Below the pieces are notes generated by a model. It had not been told where the DNA came from, ran no database searches, and saw only the letters and a list, made by a program, of their open reading frames with translations. A program made the translations under genes and the position numbers. A DNA stretch of 62,997 nucleotides, filler included, from an uncultured Methanosarcinales archaeon (GTDB taxonomy: Archaea; Nanobdellota; Nanobdellia; Woesearchaeales; CAIVOO01): NCBI GenBank assembly GCA_964485195.1. It is 3 parts of 3 records of this genome, joined end to end, with 100 filler letters (N's around TTAATTAATTAA, not from the genome) between each part and the next. Parts side by side here need not be neighbours in the genome. Positions count along the whole stretch, not along the records: positions 50,414 to 62,997 come from CAZAIK010000013.1; 2 more parts are not named here. One strand, 5' to 3'. The number at the start of each line of letters is the position of its first letter. Position 1 is the stretch's first letter. This document shows, one piece after another, positions 50,314 to 59,497 of the stretch.

Positions 50314-50413
50314 NNNNNNNNNNNNNNNNNNNNNNNNNNNNNNNNNNNNNNNNNNNNTTAATTAATTAANNNNNNNNNNNNNNNNNNNNNNNNNNNNNNN
50401 NNNNNNNNNNNNN
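50314..50413. other. artificial contig linker
   Basis: N44-TTAATTAATTAA-N44. Confidence 0.95.
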
Positions 50414-50415
50414 TT

Positions 50416-51321
50416 TTAGGGGTGTTTCTTGCTTGTTTTTGGATGTTCATAATCTTCTTTTCTGTTGCCATTCCGGGGTTGTGGGCTTGTGGTTGTTGGG
50501 GCTGCTGGCAGGTCATCAAGGGGGCTTCTTACTTTCAGGAGGGTGGGCATGGCTGTGTGGAGGTAAATCATTGTTGTCCTGGGGCTGTTATGTCCCAATA
50601 ATGACTGGACTGCTGAAATATCATAGCCGTTCTCAATCAAATGGGTGGCGTAGGAATGCCTTAGAGTGTGGGGATGCACACTTTTCATTATTCCTGCCTT
50701 TTTTGCCGCTTTTTTGATGATTTCCTGCACGCTTCTAACGCTCAAATGCCCTTTACAGCTGTCAAACAGGTAAGAATCATAATCTTTTGCTTTTTCCTTT
50801 ATCACTTCCTCAATTCCTGCCTTTAACATTCCTGGGATTATGAACATCCTGTCCTTCCTGCCCTTTCCCTCGCGAACCCAGCCGTAATTATTCTGCAAGT
50901 CCAAATCCCTTATCCTTAACTTAACAATCTCGCTCACTCTCATTCCAGAGCCGTAGAGCAGCTTCACGATGAGCCTGTGCTTCCTGTTTTGTATTTTTTT
51001 AAATAATAATCCCGCTTCCTTCCTGGACAAGATAACAGGCAGCTTCTTTGGGGTTCTTGAGTAGCTTATCTTTGAGGTGAAATTCTTGTTCAGGACGTTC
51101 TTCATTAAAAAGACAAGCGCGCTCAGGTGCAGGTTCTTGGTGCTTCCAGACTTTCCATTCAGGGATTCAAGATAATGCCTCACGTCTGCCTTCGAGATCC
51201 TGCGTACGCTGTGAGGGTATTTTTTCAGGAAATTCCTGATGCAGTAAACATACGCCTTGATGGTTTTATGGCTGTAATTCCTCCTTCTCATCTCCCTCTT
51301 GACAAGCTCCACAGAGTCCAT
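50416..51321 (-). CDS. Xer-type tyrosine recombinase
   Basis: RNYS.KT..AY N-domain, YGSGMRVSE, GKGRKDR, HTLRHSYATH, LLGH....TTMIY. Confidence 0.92.
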   Translation of the reverse strand: MDSVELVKREMRRRNYSHKTIKAYVYCIRNFLKKYPHSVRRISKADVRHYLESLNGKSGSTKNLHLSALVFLMKNVLNKNFTSKISYSRTPKKLPVILSRKEAGLLFKKIQNRKHRLIVKLLYGSGMRVSEIVKLRIRDLDLQNNYGWVREGKGRKDRMFIIPGMLKAGIEEVIKEKAKDYDSYLFDSCKGHLSVRSVQEIIKKAAKKAGIMKSVHPHTLRHSYATHLIENGYDISAVQSLLGHNSPRTTMIYLHTAMPTLLKVRSPLDDLPAAPTTTSPQPRNGNRKEDYEHPKTSKKHP

Positions 51322-51444
51322 GCTGGGGCATTTTTCCAGGCATTTATAAAGTTAAGAAGCAGCCACTGACACAACAGTTTAACACCACCAATAAGTAGTT
51401 AAAAACCAAAACATTTATATATGGGTGTTACTTTTTACCACTCT

Positions 51445-51594
51445 ATGATGAATAAAAAACACAAGATTAGTGTTTCAGTGTCAGGAAAGACCCTGGAAAG
51501 GATACGCGAAGCGCTGAGAAGCGGCAGATTCAGGAACAGGAGCCATTTATTTGAGCATTCTGTAAACAGGGTTCTGGAGGGTGAAAATGACTAG
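51445..51594 (+). CDS. 49-aa ribbon-helix-helix (CopG-like) regulator (not in the ORF track)
   Basis: KISVSVS beta ribbon, then G.FRNRSHL..S; overlaps the GH15 start. Confidence 0.75.
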   Translation: MMNKKHKISVSVSGKTLERIREALRSGRFRNRSHLFEHSVNRVLEGEND

Positions 51595-52576
51595 CAAGGG
51601 CATTCTGAAGCAATTGAGGTATCCCAACGGGCTTTTCTCAGCAGCCAGCAAGAGGGTAAGCACAGGCTATAATATGTGCTGGATAAGGGACAACTGCTAT
51701 GCCGCAACGGGCCTGGAAGAGGACAAGGAATTAGTTGAAATGACATACCACGCAATGCTTAACATCTTCCTCAAGCACGAGAAAAAGATGGACAAAGCAA
51801 TAGCAAACCCTCCAAAAGACAAGATGAACTACATTCACGCAAGGTATTTTCCTGAAACACTTGACGAATCAGGAGAGGAGTGGGGAAACAAGCAGAACGA
51901 CATGATAGGATTGTTCCTGTTCAAGGTTGCGGACTTAACAAAAAAGGGCTTCAGGATTTTAAGAAATGAGAATGACAGGAGAATAATCCAGAAATTAGTG
52001 AAATACCTTGAGTCCATACAATACTACAGGGATGTGGACAACGGAATCTGGGAGGAAAACGAGGAAATACACGCGTCAAGCGTGGGAGCCTGCGTTGCAG
52101 GCCTGCAAAAAATAAGGGAAACGTTCAGTGAGATAAAAGTGGACAGTGAATTAATAAAAAAGGGAAAGGAAATACTTAATGTTCTGCTTCCAAGGGAGTC
52201 AGCAACAAAGAAAACAGATCTGGCATTGCTTTCACTGATATGGCCTTACAGGATAGCAACAAGAGAGCAGGCAAAGCAGATACTTGAAAACGTGGAAAAG
52301 CACCTTGTCAGGAAAAAAGGAGTCATAAGGTACAAGAATGACCATTATTACAACCAGGACGGGGAGGCAGAGTGGACAATGGGATTCCCCTGGCTGGCAA
52401 TAATTTACAGGGAATTAAGGAATAAAAAGAAGTATGAGCATTACCTTGAAAAATCATTTGAGGTGATGAACAAGAAAGGGGAAATGCCTGAATTGTACTT
52501 TTCAAGAACAAACAGGCATAATGATAACTCTCCATTGGGATGGGCGCAGTCATTGCTGATTAAAGCAATCAGCTAA
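51587..52576 (+). CDS. glycoside hydrolase family 15 (glucoamylase-like)
   Basis: WIRD, DNGIWEE, ASSVGACVAGL, GVIRY, MPELY, PLGWAQS. Confidence 0.88.
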   Translation: MTSKGILKQLRYPNGLFSAASKRVSTGYNMCWIRDNCYAATGLEEDKELVEMTYHAMLNIFLKHEKKMDKAIANPPKDKMNYIHARYFPETLDESGEEWGNKQNDMIGLFLFKVADLTKKGFRILRNENDRRIIQKLVKYLESIQYYRDVDNGIWEENEEIHASSVGACVAGLQKIRETFSEIKVDSELIKKGKEILNVLLPRESATKKTDLALLSLIWPYRIATREQAKQILENVEKHLVRKKGVIRYKNDHYYNQDGEAEWTMGFPWLAIIYRELRNKKKYEHYLEKSFEVMNKKGEMPELYFSRTNRHNDNSPLGWAQSLLIKAIS

Positions 52577-52893
52577 TCAGGTTTCTGTTGCAGTATTTAG
52601 ATTCCAAATCTGTCATCTCAGAAAAAGGAGTATTATCAAGATATTTTTCAATGCATTCCTTCAGGAAAATGTCTATGTTTCTCTCGTAACCGAAGAATCC
52701 CGCAACAGCCTCAGGAATGCTCTTTTCATTTTCAAGGTAGCACATGACAACATCAAAAAAAGGGCACGCCGTCCTCATTCTTTTCCCTGGCAACATAAAA
52801 GATTATTTTACCGTCGCTTAATCCCAGTTCCAGTGTTGAGTATTCTGTCTCTGCGTTCCCAAGGATTATTCTCCTTTCAGAAACCTTCCTCAA
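52569..52893 (-). pseudogene. hypothetical gene of about 107 aa with a +1 frameshift at a T7 run
   Basis: TTG start 1 nt after the upstream stop; frame reads ...EDGVPFF* and the +1 frame continues DVVMCYLENE... Confidence 0.55.
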
Positions 52894-52894
52894 T

Positions 52895-53419
52895 TCAGGA
52901 CTTTGCGTTTTCAAACTCCCTGAGATATTTCCTTACCATGCTTTCTGTTTCAAAGGGCCTGTGAAAAAAATTTCTGATGTATTCCTCTACCTTCTTTGAG
53001 GGCCACCCTGTCAGGGAATCCCCAAGAAATCCAAATGCAGCTCCTGCGAGCCCCATCAAGTGAGCATCCTCCTTGATGACAATCCCTGCAAGAGAGCCTA
53101 CAGCATAGCCAATGATGGGAGCGTGGATTCTTGAGAGCCGCCTGTTGGTCTTTTCAGCCTTTTGATACGCACGGTTTACCATATTTATTGCAGGGGCTTC
53201 TTCAATCATGTCAATGGCAAGGTATGCATAGATATCTCTTTCCTCCTGCGTGAATCCTCTTGAATCAAAAATCCTGTTAAGGTCTGTCCAGCTGTTGTCG
53301 CAGTATCCGCAGGTAATTGACATTAACAAGTCCCTGATGTTCTGCTCAGGCTCATTCTTCGTGACGCTGAGTATTCTTGCCCTCATTAAGTCAGCCAGCT
53401 GGCATCTTTCCTGTTCCAT
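52895..53419 (-). CDS. hypothetical protein with a glycine-zipper-like hairpin
   Basis: IIGYAVGSLAG...GLAGAAFGFLG; own TATA promoter. Confidence 0.7.
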   Translation of the reverse strand: MEQERCQLADLMRARILSVTKNEPEQNIRDLLMSITCGYCDNSWTDLNRIFDSRGFTQEERDIYAYLAIDMIEEAPAINMVNRAYQKAEKTNRRLSRIHAPIIGYAVGSLAGIVIKEDAHLMGLAGAAFGFLGDSLTGWPSKKVEEYIRNFFHRPFETESMVRKYLREFENAKS

Positions 53420-53461
53420 CAGGAAAGGCAGAAAACCCTTGTTTTTAAACCTTTCTACCCA

Positions 53462-53815
53462 TTAGTAAGAACAATTTAAATTTTCAGAGTATTCCTCTGT
53501 CAGCGCGTTTACCTGCCTGCTGAAATGCCTTGCCCTGGCTTTGCAGAAAATCCTGTCTATGCTTCTTATGCCTGTTTTTGGGGAATACCGCTTCATCTCA
53601 GGAAGGACCTGCATTAATATTCTCTGCCCGTATTCAACCATCACCTTCTTGTCCACGTTCTCCAGCCCCTCTTCTTCCGCCAGCTTTTCAAAATCTATGT
53701 CACTGCCTCTTCCTGACAGAACATCTGCAGCGATGTCGCTAAGAATCTCTTTTTTCTTGTTGTGGTTGGGTGCAATTATCCTGTCCAAAGTAAACATTAA
53801 CAAGTCGTGGTTCAT
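53462..53815 (-). CDS. hypothetical protein
   Basis: 117 aa ORF with TATA about 25 nt upstream. Confidence 0.65.
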   Translation of the reverse strand: MNHDLLMFTLDRIIAPNHNKKKEILSDIAADVLSGRGSDIDFEKLAEEEGLENVDKKVMVEYGQRILMQVLPEMKRYSPKTGIRSIDRIFCKARARHFSRQVNALTEEYSENLNCSY

Positions 53816-53915
53816 TGGAAAGGGTTTTACAAAACCTTTTTTAAAGTTAACTGAAACTCCCTGTTCGCTTTATAATTTTATGTTTTAATGAGACTCCGCT
53901 GGGTACTGCATGCAG

Positions 53916-55733
53916 CTAAAACATCTCATCTATCATCTCAATGTATGTTGAGTTAGACCAGGCCTGGTTGAAGCACCCGAAGGATTCCTGTTTTTCCGCA
54001 GAGCTAATCTCTGAAGCGCAGCCAGGGAATCCCATCCAGAGCAAGTCTCTTGTGGAGCCCGCAAGAATTCCGTGCAGGTGCTTGCTGTACCTGAACTTCC
54101 CAACCCTGTACAGGCAAATCGCCGCAATGTTGTTGAGCCAGTACCAGGAATCACCGTTGTGATAACTTGTGTCGTCAATTCCAGTGTGCTTCCCACTGAA
54201 CTTATTGTCGTGGGTGTCAAGGGAGCTCAGCCCAAAACCAGTGAACAAGCGGGGCAGCACGTTGTCAAAGCATTCCTTCCATTTAGAGGAAGGCAGGAGC
54301 TCGGGATAAATGTAATGGGCAAGGAAAACATTGGGCCTTATTGTCCTGTCATCTGCACCGTCATTGAGGTAATGGCCGTTCCAGAATTTCTTCACAACAG
54401 CTGAGCGCATCAATTCCTCCTTGTGCCTTGCATACTTTTTCCCTGAGGAATCCTTTAAAATTCCGCAGAGCCACCACAATAATTTGTACATGTTCAGCTG
54501 CATCGCCTGGATCTCTATTCTCATTCCCGCCCTTCCGTCGTGGGCAGTGTCGCACCAGGTTTCCTGGCTCCTGTTTGTTATGAGGCCCTTTTCAGAGTGA
54601 TTCTGGGCAATGTTGTGGACTGACCTTTCCAAGGTGTGCTTTATCTCGTGAAGCTCTTCCTCGCTGAAAAACTTATGCAACTTGTTCTTTGCAAAAAGCC
54701 TTACCAATAAATCGTAAAGCCTCTTGAACATCCAGCCCACTGAATCCGCATTTTCAGTTTTTGTGGAAGGCTCCCTGTTGGGAAGCCTTCCGTCCTCCTG
54801 CACAAGGCCCAAATATTTCATAAGTATTTCCTTTGCCCTCCAGTAATCCCTGACTGAAATCAGCCCTCCCACGGCGACAAGCTCATCCCTTGACCAGAGA
54901 TGGTTGAACCAGGGAAGGCCTGCAAAGAAACCCCTTGTGTTGTTGGAATAGCAGAACAGTTTGTTAAGCGCGTCCTGCGCGCAAAGATAAGCCATATGAA
55001 TCTCATCATTGAGGACAAACTTTGTCCTGACATTCGGAATTTCCTTGACACTCTTCAGGTTAAGTGTTTCAATGACATTCTCCACTGCCCTTTCCTCTGT
55101 TGTCCCGAAACCGAACACCACTCTTGAAGCCCTTATCTTCAGGGCATTGTATACATAAATTTCTGATTCATCATTTCTTTTTTTGTCATATTCATACTCT
55201 GCCTTTTCCCACCTGCCTGCCTTCTCATAGTCAAGCTTGTCAGGCACTATTGCGACATAAACTTCGTACTCATTGGCATTGTGATTCTTGTCCTCGTTGC
55301 TGTGGGATTTCTTCCTGTACTTCACAAAAAGAACGCCTTCCTTGTGATAAACCCTGTAAAACCTCCCCCATTTCCTGAAGTCAAGCTGCTTCCTGCAGTC
55401 AAGAAGGATATTGATTTCCTGCTCCCTGCTGAGCTCGTAGAAAAAGGCGTTAAGGTTTGAGGGCACGTAAAAGAATTCCTCTGTTTCCCCCCTTTTCCTC
55501 ACCACAGAAGTGAACTTGTTCTTGAGTATTTCAACAGCTCCCTGAATGGCAATGTTCTCTATCGCCTTGTAGCACTCCCCGTCTTCGTAAAAGTAAACCC
55601 CCTGGTATTTGCTTATGTTGTTCCCTGAAAGGGAAGCGTAGCCTCCTGTTCCGTTGGACAGAAGAAAGCTGTCACTTTTTCCCTCTCTTGAGATTCCTGT
55701 GTTGCTGAAATCGTGAACAATTCGCATTGCCAT
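53916..55733 (-). CDS. amylo-alpha-1,6-glucosidase (glycogen debranching enzyme)
   Basis: FLLSNGTGGY, AGLPWF...WSRDE, TWCD, RPN, YHNGDSW, QAWS. Confidence 0.9.
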   Translation of the reverse strand: MAMRIVHDFSNTGISREGKSDSFLLSNGTGGYASLSGNNISKYQGVYFYEDGECYKAIENIAIQGAVEILKNKFTSVVRKRGETEEFFYVPSNLNAFFYELSREQEINILLDCRKQLDFRKWGRFYRVYHKEGVLFVKYRKKSHSNEDKNHNANEYEVYVAIVPDKLDYEKAGRWEKAEYEYDKKRNDESEIYVYNALKIRASRVVFGFGTTEERAVENVIETLNLKSVKEIPNVRTKFVLNDEIHMAYLCAQDALNKLFCYSNNTRGFFAGLPWFNHLWSRDELVAVGGLISVRDYWRAKEILMKYLGLVQEDGRLPNREPSTKTENADSVGWMFKRLYDLLVRLFAKNKLHKFFSEEELHEIKHTLERSVHNIAQNHSEKGLITNRSQETWCDTAHDGRAGMRIEIQAMQLNMYKLLWWLCGILKDSSGKKYARHKEELMRSAVVKKFWNGHYLNDGADDRTIRPNVFLAHYIYPELLPSSKWKECFDNVLPRLFTGFGLSSLDTHDNKFSGKHTGIDDTSYHNGDSWYWLNNIAAICLYRVGKFRYSKHLHGILAGSTRDLLWMGFPGCASEISSAEKQESFGCFNQAWSNSTYIEMIDEMF

Positions 55734-55778
55734 TTAAAAAGCCGCACAGCATATAAAAGTTTATTACTACTTAAGAAT

Positions 55779-56243
55779 TTAAATTCCAAGATATTTCTTT
55801 GCGTGGTAGATTGGCAATTCCCTTCCTTCATAGAATAATTCCAATATCTTCGTCCTGTCCTTTAACCCCAAGTCAGTGCCTGGTTTTATCCCCATAGCAT
55901 CAGTCATTTCCCTGAACAGGCTTCTCAGCTTTCTTTCAGTATGCTCCTGCCCTATGTTTAATCCTAGGATTTCTGCATCCAGCAGGTCAAGCCTTGTGAC
56001 CTGCCCTTTGCAGTAATTTATCGCAGGAAAAGGCAGGCATTTCCTGCAAATGTCATCAATATCAGCGGTTACTAAAACAGGATAATCAAAAACAAGCCTT
56101 TTATTGCTCTCTGTGATTTCCTTTAATATTGAGCCCCTCCTGACGTAATAAAGAAAAAGGTACTCCTTTATATGGTGGGCCCTTAGCTCCCTTATTCTCA
56201 CTAGCTTCTTTCCTCCCTGCTTTTTCTTATTTCCCTGCCTCAC
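55779..56243 (-). CDS. DUF1284-like putative metal-binding protein
   Basis: LRAHH and DDICRKC motifs. Confidence 0.6.
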   Translation of the reverse strand: MRQGNKKKQGGKKLVRIRELRAHHIKEYLFLYYVRRGSILKEITESNKRLVFDYPVLVTADIDDICRKCLPFPAINYCKGQVTRLDLLDAEILGLNIGQEHTERKLRSLFREMTDAMGIKPGTDLGLKDRTKILELFYEGRELPIYHAKKYLGI

Positions 56244-57552
56244 TTATCTCTTTTTTCAGCTTTTTCTTCATCTTTTCAAGAACTTCCCTGCTCGTGGATT
56301 CAATTTTCAATCTTACAAGGGGCTGGGTGTTGCTCTTCCTCAAATTGAACCAGTAGTTTTTTGTGTAAACAGAAACCCCGTCCATCCAAAGCTCTATGTT
56401 TCTTGAATATTTCCTTTTTATTGCTTCTATGACCTTGTCCTTGTTTTTTACCCTGAAATTAATCTCAGGAGAGCCGTAGTATCTCATCAGAGGCTCAATC
56501 ATCTCAGAAAGCCTGCGCTTTGGCCTTGCAATAATCTCAATCATCTTCAGGGCTGCATAAAGCCCGTCGTCAATACAATAGTTTTCCCTGTACATTATGT
56601 GGTTGGAGTATTCTGCTGCAATCACCCCCTCTTTTTTTAGCGCCTCCTTGTAAAAGTGGTTGCCAACCCGCATCATTACCGGAGTGCCTCCTGCTTTCCT
56701 GATCTCCTCGTAAACAGCCCTGCTGAACCTGAGGTCAACATAGCACTTGCCCTTCCTTTTCCTCAGGGCGTGCCTAGCAAGAATGGCGAATGCGTAGTCT
56801 GTCCACACAAACTTCCCTTTTTCATCAACAAAGAAAACCCTGTCTGCATCGCCGTCAAACACAACACCCAAGTCAGCTTTTTGTTTTTTGACAGCATCGC
56901 TAAGTTTTTTTGTTGCCCCCTTTTTCCAGGGGTTGGGGCCGTGGCAGGGGAATCTTCCGTCAATCTTGCTGCAGGTTATCCTGTTTCTTATCTTTAATTT
57001 GTCAAAAACAGATTCAGCCACTGCGCCAGCGCCGTTGGAAAAGTCAGCAACCACTGATATGTCCTTGAAATCAGCTTTTTCAAACTTCTTTTTCAGGTAA
57101 TTCACGTAATCATTAACTATTCTCTTCTTTTTCACCTTTCCTTTTTTCCCTGCCTTGGGAATCCTCTTTCCCACAAGCTTTCCAATTCTTCCAATGCCTG
57201 TCTCATAAACAAAGGGTATCGCCTTCTCGTCGCTTATCTTGAAGCCGTTGTATTCCTTGGGATTGTGGGAGGCTGTGACCATAATTCCTTTTTTCTTCAG
57301 CTTTACAACCGCGTGATAGAATACTGGGGTTGAAACAAGCCCTATGTCCATTACGTCAACACCGTAGTCTGTTATGCCTTTAGTCAGAGCGTTCTTCAGC
57401 TTTTCAGATGAAGTCCTGCCGTCCATTCCCACAATCAGTGTTTTTGAATCAAGGAATTTTGCGGCAGCCAGCCCTATCTGGTAGGCTTTCTTTTCATCAA
57501 TTTCAGAAGGGACCACGCCTCTTATGTCATACTCCTTGTATATTCCCATCAA
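56227..57552 (-). CDS. phosphomannomutase/phosphoglucomutase
   Basis: YDIRG, TASHNP.EYNG, DGDADR, R.SNTQP. Confidence 0.95.
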   Translation of the reverse strand: MMGIYKEYDIRGVVPSEIDEKKAYQIGLAAAKFLDSKTLIVGMDGRTSSEKLKNALTKGITDYGVDVMDIGLVSTPVFYHAVVKLKKKGIMVTASHNPKEYNGFKISDEKAIPFVYETGIGRIGKLVGKRIPKAGKKGKVKKKRIVNDYVNYLKKKFEKADFKDISVVADFSNGAGAVAESVFDKLKIRNRITCSKIDGRFPCHGPNPWKKGATKKLSDAVKKQKADLGVVFDGDADRVFFVDEKGKFVWTDYAFAILARHALRKRKGKCYVDLRFSRAVYEEIRKAGGTPVMMRVGNHFYKEALKKEGVIAAEYSNHIMYRENYCIDDGLYAALKMIEIIARPKRRLSEMIEPLMRYYGSPEINFRVKNKDKVIEAIKRKYSRNIELWMDGVSVYTKNYWFNLRKSNTQPLVRLKIESTSREVLEKMKKKLKKEISEAGK

Positions 57553-57596
57553 CTGTCAGTTATCTTTCTGTGTTTAAAAATGTTAGGCTTCCCTGG

Positions 57597-57741
57597 TTAA
57601 GTCAAGCATTCTGTGTTGGCGCTGGTGCTACCTGGCGCAGTTGCCAACTAAGACCTTAGATTGCAAATAAGTCGGGTTCAGGAGCGGTTTTGGGAGCGAA
57701 CGGAGCGCAGCACCAGCTTTTGCACAATTAAATTGACTTAA
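57597..57741. repeat. 145-bp nested inverted-repeat element (MITE/REP-like or structured RNA)
   Basis: TTAAGTCAA/TTGACTTAA termini and GCTGGTGCT/AGCACCAGC inner arms. Confidence 0.6.
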
Positions 57742-58022
57742 TCGTCTTCCCGGATATCCCTTGGCCCGTAAACTGTTGCATAATAGGCAATTTTTTCATC
57801 CAACAGCCACTTTGGAATCCTGTAATTTCCGAGCAGGTTGGCGCAGGGAATCTTTTTTGCCCTGCACAATCCAACTACCTCTTCAGCGTCAATCTGCAGG
57901 TATTCAGCTGTCTGCTCAGGGGTCAATACGCTTCTTGCTTCAGCTTCCTGCAACACGTTAAACCGCTCCTGCAAGTCCTTAACTTCCTCTTCAAGCTGCT
58001 TTATCTTTTCTTCTTGTTTCAT
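57738..58022 (-). CDS. coiled coil plus excisionase-like HTH (HTH_17) protein
   Basis: VLTPEQTAEYLQI.....L.....IP....G.YRIPK. Confidence 0.8.
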   Translation of the reverse strand: MKQEEKIKQLEEEVKDLQERFNVLQEAEARSVLTPEQTAEYLQIDAEEVVGLCRAKKIPCANLLGNYRIPKWLLDEKIAYYATVYGPRDIREDD

Positions 58023-58023
58023 T

Positions 58024-58488
58024 TTACTTAGGGAAAAAGTGAACCCCTAAAGGGTTGCTTTCAGCGTACTCTTTCATAGAAGGGTGGGTTTCAGGGTTGA
58101 CAGGGGTGAGAACTGCCAGATACCCTTTTTCATAGCCTTCCATATCCAGGGCAAAAAACCTTTGGGTTTCAAGGTAGTTGTCAAGCAGGCGGAATCTCTT
58201 CCTCAGTTCAAAGAAACTAGGATTCTTTTCCAGACCGTGGTACAGGCTCATCCTCAACCCTATCAGGTGCCAGTACCTCACAGCATTCACTGTGCTTTTT
58301 TCCACAGGCGCTGTGGCCTCTTCAATCCCCCTCTTATTGAGAAAGACCGCGCAGTATTTCTGAGCAGAATCCAGGCGGGTTCCGAGCACCACGCCAAAAC
58401 ATTTGTTAGCATCCTGTTCCAGGGCCTCGGCCAGGTCTGACAATAACAGTTCAACTTCATCGTCCAGGCTTTCCAGGGTCTGCTGCAT
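58024..58488 (-). CDS. hypothetical protein
   Basis: 154 aa, own promoter, 1 bp from the HTH gene. Confidence 0.7.
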   Translation of the reverse strand: MQQTLESLDDEVELLLSDLAEALEQDANKCFGVVLGTRLDSAQKYCAVFLNKRGIEEATAPVEKSTVNAVRYWHLIGLRMSLYHGLEKNPSFFELRKRFRLLDNYLETQRFFALDMEGYEKGYLAVLTPVNPETHPSMKEYAESNPLGVHFFPK

Positions 58489-58549
58489 TCAGGTAGGCTG
58501 GGCTGGGATATTATAAAAACCTTTTGTTTATGATTACTTAATAGTGGTA

Positions 58550-59494
58550 TTATTCTCCCCGATAGAACCTGGCAGCATCTTCCGGCTTTACGGAATTTAT
58601 CACCATACCTGTTGAAAACTCAAAGCCTGCCCACGTTGCCAGCCTGGGCAGTATCTCTATGTGAAAGTGATAGGAGTCATCCTTGTGATAGTGAAGGACA
58701 TAGTTGTAAGGCGCATTTATCCCCTTCAGCCTGGACAGGGCCTGCTTCATAATCCTTGCAAGGTCAAGCAGCGTTTCCTCATCCATCAAGGTGATTGATT
58801 TTACGTGCTGTTTCGGGAATATCCAGTTTTCATAGTGGAATCTTGAAGCGTAAGGCGCAAATGAAACAAAGTTGCTGTTCTCAAAGCATCTCCTTTCTGA
58901 TTTTTTCTCGTTCTCAATTATCTCGCAATAAGGGCAGTTTTCGTAATTCTTGATTGCTTCCAGCTCTTCCTGCACAAGAGGGGGGATTATGTTTAGCGCA
59001 ATAAGCTGGGTGTGGGAATGTACTATTGAAGTGCCTGCTGTCTTGCCGTGGTTCTTGAAGACAGAAACATACTCAATCCCCTCCTTTTCAGACAGCTCCT
59101 TGATTCTTTGAACATAAACCTTTAGAACTCCCTTTATTTCCTCCTCACTCAGGTCCCACAGCTGCTTTTCGTGCTCAGGTGTCTCAACAATCACCTCGTG
59201 CTTGCCGTAGCCGTCGCTGAAAGTATAATATTTATTGTCTGTCCTGACTTCATAATTCCCCTCAAGCTCAGTTGCAGGGAACTTGTTTGGAAAGACCCTT
59301 ATCTGCCAGTGCTTTGCCCCCTCGGGAACCCTCATAACCTCTGGAGGGGTCATGTGCTCGTTTCCCGGGTCAAAAAACCTCTTTTCAGGAGGGACATCCT
59401 TTTCTTCCGGGGGTGAGAACTGATGAGGCCTTTTCCCCCTTGATTCAGCCACAAGCACGTACCTGTTCAGGATGTAGTCCTTTCTGAGCTCCAA
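58550..59494 (-). CDS. galT: galactose-1-phosphate uridylyltransferase family protein
   Basis: R..RP, NKFP, G.HEVIVETP.H, FKNHG..AGTS..HSHTQ. Confidence 0.92.
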   Translation of the reverse strand: MELRKDYILNRYVLVAESRGKRPHQFSPPEEKDVPPEKRFFDPGNEHMTPPEVMRVPEGAKHWQIRVFPNKFPATELEGNYEVRTDNKYYTFSDGYGKHEVIVETPEHEKQLWDLSEEEIKGVLKVYVQRIKELSEKEGIEYVSVFKNHGKTAGTSIVHSHTQLIALNIIPPLVQEELEAIKNYENCPYCEIIENEKKSERRCFENSNFVSFAPYASRFHYENWIFPKQHVKSITLMDEETLLDLARIMKQALSRLKGINAPYNYVLHYHKDDSYHFHIEILPRLATWAGFEFSTGMVINSVKPEDAARFYRGE

Positions 59495-59497
59495 GAT

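Noticed and set aside
50416..51321. Integron integrase IntI
   Set aside because: Lacks the IntI-specific insertion before the HxLRH box, and no attC array with RYYYAAC/GTTRRRY ends was found
57597..57741. tRNA or integration attB site next to the excisionase-like gene
   Set aside because: No cloverleaf or T-loop consensus could be built
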